Positions 10,601 to 19,246 of a DNA stretch of 64,000 nt are shown piece after piece. The position numbers were made by a program, and so were the translations under genes. A model generated the notes under the pieces. The model was not told the DNA's origin. It did not search any database and was given only the letters and a program-made list of their open reading frames with translations. Every line of letters starts with the position of its first letter. Position 1 is the first letter of the stretch. Origin of the DNA: Candidatus Limnocylindrales bacterium (lineage in GTDB: Bacteria > Chloroflexota > Limnocylindria > Limnocylindrales > CSP1-4); the NCBI GenBank assembly GCA_044449785.1, contig JBIOII010000001.1, positions 11,231-75,230 of the forward strand, given 5' to 3'.

Positions 10601-11398
10601 ATTGCGCCGGCGGGAGACTCCGAGGATGCATCGGCCGCCACGATGGAGACCCTGCTCGCCGAGGCGACCGCGCGCTGGGCCGAGTCGGCGGCCGCCGAGC
10701 CGCCCGGCGTCTCGAAGCTGGCCGCGCTGCGGCGGCGCTTCCACGAGCTCGGGGCCCCGAACCCCTTCGCCGCGGAGGAATACGATGCGATCAAGACGCG
10801 ACTGGACGGCCTCGAGGCCCAGCGCTCGGACCTAACCGCGGCAATCTCCAAGACGCGCGCTCTGATAGAGCAACTCAACGGCATGATCGCCACCCAGTTC
10901 AGGGCTACTTTCACGGCCCTCGAGGCGGCCTTCGACGCCCGTTTCCGCCAGCTCTTCGGTGGCGGGTTTGCGCGGCTCACCCTGACCGAGCCCGAAGACC
11001 TGGCCGCGACCGGCATCGAGATCGTGGCTCGTCCGCCGGGCAAGAAGGCCCAGCCACTGAGCATGCTGTCGGGTGGAGAACGGGCGCTTACGGCGGTGGC
11101 TCTGCTCTTCGCGATGCTCGAGGTCCATCCTGTGCCGTTCTGCGTCCTCGACGAGGTCGACGCCGCACTCGACGAGGCCAACGTCGGGCGGTTTGCGGAG
11201 GCCCTGCGCGGGCTCGCCGACCAGACGCAGTTCATCGTCATCACGCACAATCGCGGCACGATCGAAACCGCCGACGCGTTGTACGGCGTGACCGTCGGAG
11301 ACGACGCCATCAGCCGCGTGGTCAGCCTGCGGCTCGAGGAGGCGCGCGACCTGGCCGACCAGGTCAACAACGAGAGCAAGGCCGCGACAGCCGGCTGA
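7613..11398 (+). CDS. smc: chromosome segregation protein SMC
   Basis: N-terminal head [41 protein letters not shown]. A long A/E/R-rich coiled coil. C-terminal head [20 protein letters not shown]...[16 protein letters not shown] carries the signature and Walker B motifs. 1261 aa. acpP-rnc-smc-ftsY synteny. Confidence 0.9.
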   Translation: [1261 protein letters not shown]

Positions 11399-11604
11399 GC
11401 GGGAGGTCAACCCTGTTCCTGCGACGCAAACCGAAGGACACGGACCCGAAGGACGGGTCGCTCGAGTCGGAGAGGCCGGCCGAGCCTGCGCCCGAGCGCG
11501 CCCAGCCGCCCGCTGCAGAGGTTGCGATCCCCACCCCGGCGGTTGAAGCCGACCAGGCTTCGGGCGATCTCACGGCGGGTCTCGAGCGCAGCCGCGGCGG
11601 GTTC

Positions 11605-12447
11605 ATGTCACGCCTGCGCGGGATCCTCCGGAGTGGCCCGACCCCGGCCGACTGGGAGTCGGTAGAGGAGCTGCTGATCTCCGGCGACGTCGGCGGGGCC
11701 CTGGCGGTGGAAGTCGTCGAGCGGGCGCGCGCCCGCAAGGACGAGCCATCGGCGGAGGCGGCCGTTCGGGCCGAGCTGGCGGCCCGTTTGCTGCCGGGTG
11801 ACAGGGGGTGGCGTCCGGGCTCGGCCGAGGCCGGGGCACCCGCCGTGATCCTGATGGTCGGCGTCAACGGAACGGGGAAGACCACCACCATCGGCAAGCT
11901 GGCTCACATGTACAGGGCCGAGGGCCGCTCGGTCCTCCTCGCCGCGGCCGACACGTTCCGGGCCGCCGCCATCGACCAGCTCCGCATCTGGTCGGACCGT
12001 ACTGCCAGCGATTTCGTGGCGCATGCCCCCGGGGCGGACCCCGCGGCTGTCATCTACGACGCGATCGACGCGGCCGTTGCCCGCCACATGGACGTGGTGA
12101 TCGCCGATACGGCCGGACGACTTCACACCAAGTCGAACCTGATGGACGAGCTGGCGAAGATGCGCCGCGTGATCAATAAACGCCTGCCCGGAGCGCGGCC
12201 TGAGGTGCTCTTCGTTCTCGACGCCACCACGGGCCAGAACGGTCTGTCGCAGGCGAAGGTATTCCACGAGACGGTTGGTCTGACGGGCATCGTCCTGACC
12301 AAGCTCGACTCGACCGCCAAGGGCGGCATCGTCTTTGCGATCGAGGACACGCTCCACGTCCCGGTGCGGTTCGTTGGAGTCGGGGAGAAGCTCGGCGACC
12401 TCCTTCTGTTCGATCCGGAGGCCTTCGTCGGCGCGCTGTTCGCCTAG
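11605..12447 (+). CDS. ftsY: signal recognition particle receptor FtsY (start uncertain; may extend upstream to about 11413 with an acidic/Pro-rich N-terminus)
   Basis: NG domain with [38 protein letters not shown] and [11 protein letters not shown]-terminal MSRLRGIL...[11 protein letters not shown] aligns with short FtsY proteins. The 11413-11604 in-frame region lacks an ATG/GTG/TTG apart from a CTG at 11413. Confidence 0.85.
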   Translation: MSRLRGILRSGPTPADWESVEELLISGDVGGALAVEVVERARARKDEPSAEAAVRAELAARLLPGDRGWRPGSAEAGAPAVILMVGVNGTGKTTTIGKLAHMYRAEGRSVLLAAADTFRAAAIDQLRIWSDRTASDFVAHAPGADPAAVIYDAIDAAVARHMDVVIADTAGRLHTKSNLMDELAKMRRVINKRLPGARPEVLFVLDATTGQNGLSQAKVFHETVGLTGIVLTKLDSTAKGGIVFAIEDTLHVPVRFVGVGEKLGDLLLFDPEAFVGALFA

Positions 12448-12499
12448 CGGCAACACGTCCCGCACGAGCGACCCGGGGGACGATCGAATCCTGGCCTGG

Positions 12500-13120
12500 C
12501 TAGTCCTCGGCGTCCCTCGCGCGCCTCTCAGCCGAACGCGAGAGCGCGGCAGCGATGGCCATCGGGATTTTCGAAACCAGGAACCCAGCCAGGACCAGCG
12601 GCGCGGCGGTGAGGGCATTGAGCCGCCAGACGGTGCCGCTGCTGCCGACCGCGAGGGCGAGAACAAGGCTGAAACCGGCCACGGCCAGGAGCCAGGCCGG
12701 GCCGTGGGTACGGAGGACGCCGGTCAAGGCCGCCGCTACCGCTATGCCCAGGACGACGGCCAGGTAGGCGCCTGTCTCGGCATCCGAGCCGGTCGATACC
12801 TTCTGCGCGGCCAATACCTGGAACGGCTCCAGCCAGTTGAAGGAGAGCAAGATGCGAACGGCGATCAACGCTAGCGGCGCGTAACCGATGATGGCCGCGT
12901 ACTTGTCGTCTGTGTACTCGGGCACACCTCGCGACGACAGCCAGGTGACGCCGCCCCGCGACGACCATATGCGGACCAGCTGAGCGGAAAGGAACCAGGC
13001 CGGAAACCACCAGTAGCCTGCAATCAGCCCAGCCACCGCGAGAACGAACACGGTGTACGGCGATGGAACGTCGGCCAATGTGGTCGGAGAGGCTTGTTTC
13101 GCCCCCGTGGTGCCGGTCAT
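12500..13120 (-). CDS. hypothetical polytopic membrane protein (about 5-6 TM helices)
   Basis: 206 aa with multiple hydrophobic segments rich in W, Y and F (LAVAGLIAGYWWFPAWFL, LAVVLGIAVAAALTGVL, LLAVAGFSLVLALAVG, LVLAGFLVSKIPMAIAAAL). This composition is unlike the R/S/P-rich out-of-frame artefacts common here. It is one of the few minus-strand genes, sitting between ftsY and ffh. Confidence 0.5.
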   Translation of the reverse strand: MTGTTGAKQASPTTLADVPSPYTVFVLAVAGLIAGYWWFPAWFLSAQLVRIWSSRGGVTWLSSRGVPEYTDDKYAAIIGYAPLALIAVRILLSFNWLEPFQVLAAQKVSTGSDAETGAYLAVVLGIAVAAALTGVLRTHGPAWLLAVAGFSLVLALAVGSSGTVWRLNALTAAPLVLAGFLVSKIPMAIAAALSRSAERRARDAED

Positions 13121-13427
13121 AGGTCCCTTCGCGGAGCTGGCGTTGGAACGGCGGTTTCGATGCGGACTCTAGCGCACCGAAAGGGGGCGCCGGCCTCCGC
13201 TCGAGTCCGTACTAGGCCCAGCTTGCACCGGATGGCCGTAGAGCCGGAGATCGGGACGGGTGACGGAGCGAGGGCCGCGAACGGGGACCGCGAGCTTGGT
13301 GCCTCCTGTGCGCGTGGCGCTCGATGCGGTACACTCCGCGAGCCTTCGGTGCCGCCAGAATCCGCGGCCCAACGTCGCCCCTTCATGTCGGGGGCGGCGG
13401 GACGGATCAGGAGAGTCCCAGCCACCC

Positions 13428-14753
13428 ATGTTCGACGCCCTCAGCGACCGACTGCGCAAGACGCTCGGTGCCCTGACCGGGCACGGTCGCGTCAGCGCGG
13501 CCGACGTCGACGCGGCGATGCGCGAGGTCCGGCTGGCGCTCCTCGAGGCCGATGTCAACTTCAAGGTCGTCAAGGACTTCATCGCCCGCGTTCGTGAGCG
13601 CGCCGCCGGCACCGACATCCTCGAGAGCCTGACGGCCGGCCAGCAGGTCGTGAAGATTGTGAACGAGGAGCTGGTTGCGCTGCTCTCTGCCGGCGATCGA
13701 ACCTTCCGGTTGACCGGCAACCCTTCGGTCGTGCTCCTCGTCGGCCTCCAGGGCTCGGGCAAGACCACGAGCGCAGCCAAGCTCGCCCGGCATCTCCACA
13801 AGCAGGGTCGACGGCCGCTCATGGTGGCGGCGGACCCGTATCGTCCCGCCGCGGCCGACCAGCTCGAGACGCTCGGCAAGGCGCTGGATATCCCGGTGTA
13901 CCGCGCCCCGGCCGGGACGAACGTCCTCGCCATCGCAAAAGGCGGCCTTGATGCCGCCCGCAAACAGGTTCGCGACACGGTCATCCTAGATACGGCCGGC
14001 AGGCTGACCATAGATGCCCCACTGATGAAGGAGATCGCGGATCTCTCGGCGGCGGTGAAGGCGTCGGAGACGCTCCTGGTCGTCGACGCGATGACCGGCC
14101 AGGAAGCGGTCAACGTGGCCGAGGCGTTCCACGCCGCCGTCCCGGTCACCGGTCTGATCCTGACCAAGATCGACGGCGATGCGCGAGGCGGCGCGGCCCT
14201 CTCGATCAGCGCGGTCACGGGTTTGCCGGTCAAATTCCTCGGCACCGGCGAGAAGACCGACGCCCTCGAGCCGTTCCATCCGGACCGATTGGCCAGCCGG
14301 ATCCTCGGCATGGGCGATGTCCTGACCCTCATCGAGAGGGCGCAGGAGCATTACGACGAGAAGCAGGCCACAAAGATGGCCGAGAAGCTGCGCAAGAACA
14401 GCTTCACGCTCGAAGACATGCTGGACCAGATGGAGCAGGTCAGGAAAATGGGCCCGATGGGCCAGATCCTGGAGATGATCCCGGGCATGGGCGGTATGGC
14501 CAAGCAAGCCCAGGAATCGGTGGATCGGGGCGATCTCAAGCGCGTCGAGGCGATCATCCGGTCGATGACGCCCTCCGAGCGGCGCGAGCCAAGTATCCTG
14601 AACGGGGCCCGGCGGCGGCGCATCGCTCAGGGATCGGGCACGCGGCTGCAGGACGTCAACCAGCTCGTCAAGCAGTTCGGCGAGTTCCAGAAGGTAATGA
14701 AGCAGATGACCGGCGGTCGGCTTGGGCGGCGCATGCCGGGAATCTTCGGGTAG
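13428..14753 (+). CDS. ffh: signal recognition particle protein Ffh
   Basis: MFDALSDRLRKTL N-terminus, GLQGSGKTTSAAKLA Walker A, DTAGRL, and an M domain with Met-rich MGPMGQILEMIPGMGGMAK. ATG at 13428 is preceded by GGAGAG; the ORF track opens at 13260. Confidence 0.95.
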   Translation: MFDALSDRLRKTLGALTGHGRVSAADVDAAMREVRLALLEADVNFKVVKDFIARVRERAAGTDILESLTAGQQVVKIVNEELVALLSAGDRTFRLTGNPSVVLLVGLQGSGKTTSAAKLARHLHKQGRRPLMVAADPYRPAAADQLETLGKALDIPVYRAPAGTNVLAIAKGGLDAARKQVRDTVILDTAGRLTIDAPLMKEIADLSAAVKASETLLVVDAMTGQEAVNVAEAFHAAVPVTGLILTKIDGDARGGAALSISAVTGLPVKFLGTGEKTDALEPFHPDRLASRILGMGDVLTLIERAQEHYDEKQATKMAEKLRKNSFTLEDMLDQMEQVRKMGPMGQILEMIPGMGGMAKQAQESVDRGDLKRVEAIIRSMTPSERREPSILNGARRRRIAQGSGTRLQDVNQLVKQFGEFQKVMKQMTGGRLGRRMPGIFG

Positions 14754-14763
14754 GGGAGGCCAG

Positions 14764-16563
14764 ATGAGCGAGTATCAGAATCCTGGACGTGCGCGGCCGC
14801 CGGTCCAATCCGAGGTGCAAGGCACGGTCGTGCCGATTAGCGAGGCCTGGGCGGCGGGGGTCAACCCCATCCCGGTCTCGCCGCGCTCACGCCGGTTGCG
14901 ATGGGCGATCGCCGGAGCCGTCGTCACGTGCGTGGTCATCGCAAGCGCCGCCGGCGCGTTCGTGCTTTCCGGCGCGGCCGGGGCCAAGTCGCTCACTGCG
15001 AGTGCCGCTCCCAAGAACGCGATTGCGTTCCTGGAGGTCCGGACCGATCTGCCGGGCGACCAGCACGCCAACCTGGCCGACTTCATGAGCCACTTCCCGG
15101 GCTTCGCCGATCGCTCGCAGTTCGATAACGCTCTGGACGAGCTGCTCAACAAGCTGACCGCCGCGGTCTCGCCGGACCTCACATACTCGTCGGCCTTCAA
15201 GCCTTGGATGGAGGGCGAGGTTTCGGTCGCGTTGATGGACGTGGGCTCGATGGCGGGCATGATGTCCGGCGGTCCGATGATGTCTATCGACTCGCCGGCC
15301 CTCGCGAGCTTCACGCCGCCGAGTGCCGTCTCGATCTTCGCCCTCAAGGATCGAACCGCGGCTGAGAGCTGGGTAAGCGGCGAACTGACCCGCACCGGCT
15401 CGAAGGCCACGCCTCAGGCGTACGCTGGGACAACCCTCTATGTGATCGGCTCCGGCGCACAGGCGGGTGCGTATGCCTTCACCGACCAGGACCTGCTCGT
15501 GGGCACCGTAAACGGTGTCAAGGCCGCCCTCGACAGCAAGACCAACGGCTCGCTTGCCGACAACGCCAACTACCAGGCGGCGATGAAGTCGCTTTCCGGC
15601 GACAGCCTGGCCCGGTTCTATATCGACTCGAGTGCCATGTTCAGCGCTGTGGCCAATGACTTGAAGGCTGCTGCCAGCTCAATGGCCGGCAGCGGCAGGG
15701 TAGTTCCGCCGATGGTGGGCATGTCCTCAAGTGGCGTCCCCGCCTGGGTCGCGGGTTCCGTGCGGGCGGAGTCGAACGATATGGTCGTCAATCTCGTCGA
15801 ACCGGGCGTTGCCGGCAGCTCGACCGACAACCACACCAGCCGGCTAGGCTCTGTCCTGCCCGGCAGCACCGTCGGCGTCTTCGAAGTGCATTCGATCGGA
15901 GCGCTGGTCCTGAATGGGCTGTCGGCCCTTCAGTCGCAGCTGCCGGCCACTTCCCCCGACCCGGTGCAGGGCATCAAAGACGGTCTGGCGGCCATCGGCG
16001 GTCTCGACTGGCTCGGTGACGGGGTTGCGGTCGTGACCAGGAACGGCTCCACCTATGGCGGCGGGCTCGTTGCGGAAGCCACGGACGCCTCGACGGCCGC
16101 ATCGAAGGTGGCACTCGTCAGGCTCGCGACACTGGCCGGCGGCAACCTGCAGATCGCCAGCCGCGCCGAGACCTACAAGGGCGTGGATATCACGGTGCTG
16201 TCGATCCCGATCGGGTCGGGCCGTGCCCCGGTGGAGATCGCCGTGGCCGCGAAGGACGACCTGATCCTCGCCGGATACACGGACGCGTTCGTCAAGGCCG
16301 TCATCGACACTACGGCGTCGACATCCCTCGCTGCTCAGTCGGACTACTCGACCGTGATGGCGGCCGCCGGCGCCAGCAACCAGGAATCCTTCTACATCAA
16401 CGTCCCCGCCCTGGAGGACCAGATCGGCCAGGCCGTCTTCGCGGAGTCGCCATCCCGATGGACGGTGGACTACAAGCCCTACTTCGATCACATCGGCGGC
16501 GTCGGCTACTCGGTCGTCGGCGGCAATACGGTCACCCTGCGGCTCGTCGTCACGGCCAGATAG
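14764..16563 (+). CDS. hypothetical membrane-anchored extracytoplasmic protein (single N-terminal TM; possibly DUF3352-like)
   Basis: The ATG at 14764 is the first start downstream of the ffh stop (14753) and is preceded by GGGAGG; the ORF track opens at 14722 inside ffh. TM segment WAIAGAVVTCVVIASAAGAFVL, then a domain of about 540 aa with no recognisable catalytic motifs. Coding-like composition throughout. Confidence 0.55.
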   Translation: MSEYQNPGRARPPVQSEVQGTVVPISEAWAAGVNPIPVSPRSRRLRWAIAGAVVTCVVIASAAGAFVLSGAAGAKSLTASAAPKNAIAFLEVRTDLPGDQHANLADFMSHFPGFADRSQFDNALDELLNKLTAAVSPDLTYSSAFKPWMEGEVSVALMDVGSMAGMMSGGPMMSIDSPALASFTPPSAVSIFALKDRTAAESWVSGELTRTGSKATPQAYAGTTLYVIGSGAQAGAYAFTDQDLLVGTVNGVKAALDSKTNGSLADNANYQAAMKSLSGDSLARFYIDSSAMFSAVANDLKAAASSMAGSGRVVPPMVGMSSSGVPAWVAGSVRAESNDMVVNLVEPGVAGSSTDNHTSRLGSVLPGSTVGVFEVHSIGALVLNGLSALQSQLPATSPDPVQGIKDGLAAIGGLDWLGDGVAVVTRNGSTYGGGLVAEATDASTAASKVALVRLATLAGGNLQIASRAETYKGVDITVLSIPIGSGRAPVEIAVAAKDDLILAGYTDAFVKAVIDTTASTSLAAQSDYSTVMAAAGASNQESFYINVPALEDQIGQAVFAESPSRWTVDYKPYFDHIGGVGYSVVGGNTVTLRLVVTAR

Positions 16564-16610
16564 CTCGCCGGTCGCACGCCGTATGTAACTCTGGAGGAAG
16601 AGACTCGCAC

Positions 16611-16889
16611 ATGGCAGTTCGAATTCGCCTCAGCCGCGTCGGGGCCACCAAGCAGCCGGCCTACCGCGTCGTCGTCATGGACGGCCGAAGCGCTCGCGAC
16701 AGCCGCGCCATCGAGACCCTCGGCCACTACGACCCCAGGGCCGACCCGATCGCGTTCGTGGTCGACGCGGAGAAGGTCAAGAAGTGGCTCGCCCAGGGGG
16801 CGCTGCCGTCCGACACGGTTTCAAGGCTTCTCCAGAACGCCGGGATAATCCCCAAGGTGGCTCGTAAGGTCGGCCCGACCGCCAAGTAG
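16611..16889 (+). CDS. rpsP: 30S ribosomal protein S16
   Basis: MAVRIRLSRVGATKQPAYRVVVMD...HYDP with RBS GGAGGAAG 11 nt upstream. The ORF track opens at 16458; ATG is at 16611. Confidence 0.95.
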   Translation: MAVRIRLSRVGATKQPAYRVVVMDGRSARDSRAIETLGHYDPRADPIAFVVDAEKVKKWLAQGALPSDTVSRLLQNAGIIPKVARKVGPTAK

Positions 16890-16942
16890 GTCGAGCCGGC
16901 GCCGCGTCCCACCTAGTCTGAAGACAGAACAAGAGGAAGCGA

Positions 16943-17176
16943 ATGGCAGCCCAGGATCTGGTCGCGTATGTCGCCCGCAATCTGGTCGACGACCCAGACG
17001 CTGTCGTAGTCGAGGTCCACACCGGGCCCGACGGGACGGTCATCGAGCTCCACGTCGCCGAGGATGACATGGGCAAGGTGATCGGCCGGAACGGCAGCGT
17101 CGCCAAGGCGCTCCGAACCTTGCTCAAGGTCATGTCCGCTCGCGACGGTGAGCCCGTCTCCCTGGAAATCAGCTGA
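16943..17176 (+). CDS. KH-domain RNA-binding protein (UPF0109/YlqC family)
   Basis: 77 aa with GKVIGRNGSVAKALRTLL (KH GXXG loop). Conserved position between rpsP and rimM. Confidence 0.8.
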   Translation: MAAQDLVAYVARNLVDDPDAVVVEVHTGPDGTVIELHVAEDDMGKVIGRNGSVAKALRTLLKVMSARDGEPVSLEIS

Positions 17177-17186
17177 GCCTCCGGCT

Positions 17187-17774
17187 GTGAGCGCCGGGGA
17201 CCGGCTCGTGGTCGGCCAGGTGCGTGGCTTCCACGGGTTGCGTGGAACGGTTCGTATCGAATCCCTGACCGACCGCGCCGATGAGCGCTTTTCCGTGGGT
17301 CGAACCCTATTCAGAGAGGGCGGCGACCTCCGGCTGACGATCGTCGAGGCGAGCGCCGACGGCGTCGGTTGGCGCGTCCGGTTCGCGGAGGTTCCCGACC
17401 GGACCGCAGCCGAGACGCTTCGGGACGCCTATCTCGAGGCCGTGGTGGCCCCCGGCGAGGAATTGCCGCGCGGCGAGTTCTACTGGCACGAGGTCGTCGG
17501 GGCCAGGGTGAGCGACGTGGACGGCACTCATCTGGGCGACGTCGTCGACATCTACCGTGCCGGCGGAGCCGAGGTCGTGGTCGTACACGGTCCGGCCGGC
17601 GAGCTGGACATTCCGCTGGTCCGATCGATCGTCCGGATCTTCGCGCCTGCCCGGGCCGAGATCGTGGTCGACGGCGATGCCCTCGGGTTGCGCGCGAAGG
17701 ACCCGGACGCGGGCGAGACAGACGCCGAATCCCAGGGCGCAGTCGAGGCCGATGAGGCGCACGAACCGCAATGA
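17187..17774 (+). CDS. rimM: 16S rRNA processing protein RimM
   Basis: LVVGQVRGFHGLRGTVRIESLTD (RimM N-terminal barrel) and a PRC barrel (EFYWHEVVGARVSDVDGTHLGDVVDIYRAGGAEVVVV). GTG at 17187; the ORF track opens at 17148 inside the KH gene. Confidence 0.85.
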   Translation: MSAGDRLVVGQVRGFHGLRGTVRIESLTDRADERFSVGRTLFREGGDLRLTIVEASADGVGWRVRFAEVPDRTAAETLRDAYLEAVVAPGEELPRGEFYWHEVVGARVSDVDGTHLGDVVDIYRAGGAEVVVVHGPAGELDIPLVRSIVRIFAPARAEIVVDGDALGLRAKDPDAGETDAESQGAVEADEAHEPQ

Positions 17775-18601
17775 CGCAAGATGCAGAGGCGGGTTCCGGG
17801 GTAGCCGTCGACGAGTCGGTGCCGCCGGCCTCGCGCGCCCCGCTCGAGATCGAGATCTTGACCCTCTTCCCGGGCATGTTCTCCGGGCCGCTCGCCGAGA
17901 GCATCCCGGGCCGCGTCCAGACGCGCGGCCTGGCCACCGTGCGGGTCCACGACCTGCGCCAGTGGGGCCTGGGCCGTCACAAGACGGTCGATGACTACAC
18001 CTACGGTGGGGGAGCGGGGATGGTCCTGCGGCCCGAGCCCGTGGCGGCCGCCCTGGAGGTCCTGCGACGGCCGGATAGCACGGTCATCCTGCCCGACCCG
18101 GGCGGCGAAGTCTTCGCGCAGGCCCGCGCCCACGATCTTGTGGAACGCGGCCACTTGATCATCCTGTGCCCACGGTACGAGGGCGTGGACCACAGGATCC
18201 GAGCCATGGTGGACCTGGAGCTGTCGATCGGGGACTACGTCCTATCCGGCGGTGAGATCCCCGCGCTGGTCGTCGTCGACGCGATCCTGCGGCTGCTGCC
18301 CGGGGCGATCGATGCCGAATCCACCGCCGAAGAGTCGTTCAAGGCCGGCCTGCTCGAGTACCCGCAGTACACGCGTCCGCCGGAGTTTGGTGGCGTGGCG
18401 GTGCCGTCGGTGCTGACCAGCGGCCACCACGATGCCGTCCGGAAGTGGCGCCTGAAGGAAGCATTGCGCCGGACGCTGAGGGGACGGCCGGAGTTGCTCA
18501 AAGCCCGGACTCTGAGCCGGGAAGAGGCGGAGCTGCTGGCCGAAGTCCGGGCGGACGAACGAGCCCCCGCCGAGCCGGCCGCGGATCTGAACGCCGAGTA
18601 G
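17771..18601 (+). CDS. trmD: tRNA (guanine37-N1)-methyltransferase TrmD, with a C-terminal extension of about 30 aa
   Basis: LEIEILTLFPGMF, DDYTYGGGAGMVL and GDYVLSGGEIPALVVVDA are SPOUT/TrmD motifs. ATGA overlap with rimM. Confidence 0.9.
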   Translation: MTQDAEAGSGVAVDESVPPASRAPLEIEILTLFPGMFSGPLAESIPGRVQTRGLATVRVHDLRQWGLGRHKTVDDYTYGGGAGMVLRPEPVAAALEVLRRPDSTVILPDPGGEVFAQARAHDLVERGHLIILCPRYEGVDHRIRAMVDLELSIGDYVLSGGEIPALVVVDAILRLLPGAIDAESTAEESFKAGLLEYPQYTRPPEFGGVAVPSVLTSGHHDAVRKWRLKEALRRTLRGRPELLKARTLSREEAELLAEVRADERAPAEPAADLNAE

Positions 18602-18688
18602 CGGCCTCGAGCCAGAGTCGAGTCTCGCGGGTGATTTCGTTGACATACTCTGGCATCGCCATTCGTTGACCATTGCAGGGAGGTCCGA

Positions 18689-19246
18689 ATGACGATCCCG
18701 CAGCTGTTGGGGGAGCTGAAGCTGGTGGTCGATGAGGAGCGGGCCGCCGAGCGCACCGATTTCCGGCGCATCTACTCCGAGACCTGGTCGGATGTCTTTC
18801 GCTACGCCTGGGTACTGCTGCGGCACCGCGAAGATGCAGAGGACGTTGCCTTGGAGGCATTCCGCCGGGCCCTGGAGTCGTGGAATGCCGGGCACGGGCC
18901 GAAGGGTGACGCTCTGCCGTGGTTGTTTCTGATAACTCGGCGAGTCGCGATAGACCGGCTTCGCCGCAGGCGTCTGATCGGCTGGCTCTCACTCGAACGC
19001 GCGCCAGAACCCCAGATATCGGCCGACGAAGCCGCCTTCCGGCGCTCGGAGGTCTGGATCTGGTTCGAGCAGCTTTGCCGCGCGATTCCGGCCAACCAGC
19101 GGGAGGCGTTGCTCCTGCGCTTCCAGTTCGATCTATCCGACACTGAGGCCGCGAAGATCACGGGGACCTCGGCCGCGAATGTCAGAACGAGGGTCTCACG
19201 CGGCCTGGTGGCGCTTCGAGTTCGAGCCGGGGGTATGGAGCGATGA
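18689..19246 (+). CDS. ECF-family RNA polymerase sigma-70 factor
   Basis: Region 2 (FRYAWVLLRHREDAEDVALEAF) and region 4 HTH (EALLLRFQFDLSDTEAAKITGTSAANVRTRVSRGLVAL). 185 aa. RBS GGGAGG. The stop overlaps the downstream ORF start (ATGA). Confidence 0.85.
   Translation: MTIPQLLGELKLVVDEERAAERTDFRRIYSETWSDVFRYAWVLLRHREDAEDVALEAFRRALESWNAGHGPKGDALPWLFLITRRVAIDRLRRRRLIGWLSLERAPEPQISADEAAFRRSEVWIWFEQLCRAIPANQREALLLRFQFDLSDTEAAKITGTSAANVRTRVSRGLVALRVRAGGMER

Noticed and set aside
11413-11604. Possible long acidic/Pro-rich N-terminal extension of FtsY starting at CTG 11413.
   Set aside because: There is no ATG/GTG/TTG in frame before the ATG at 11605. An A-domain-like extension cannot be excluded, but the conservative start was chosen.
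18640-18668. Possible sigma-70 promoter for the ECF sigma gene (TTGACA at 18640).
   Set aside because: No acceptable -10 hexamer lies at 16-19 nt spacing (tcgttg/ttcgtt). It is retained only as part of the direct-repeat observation.
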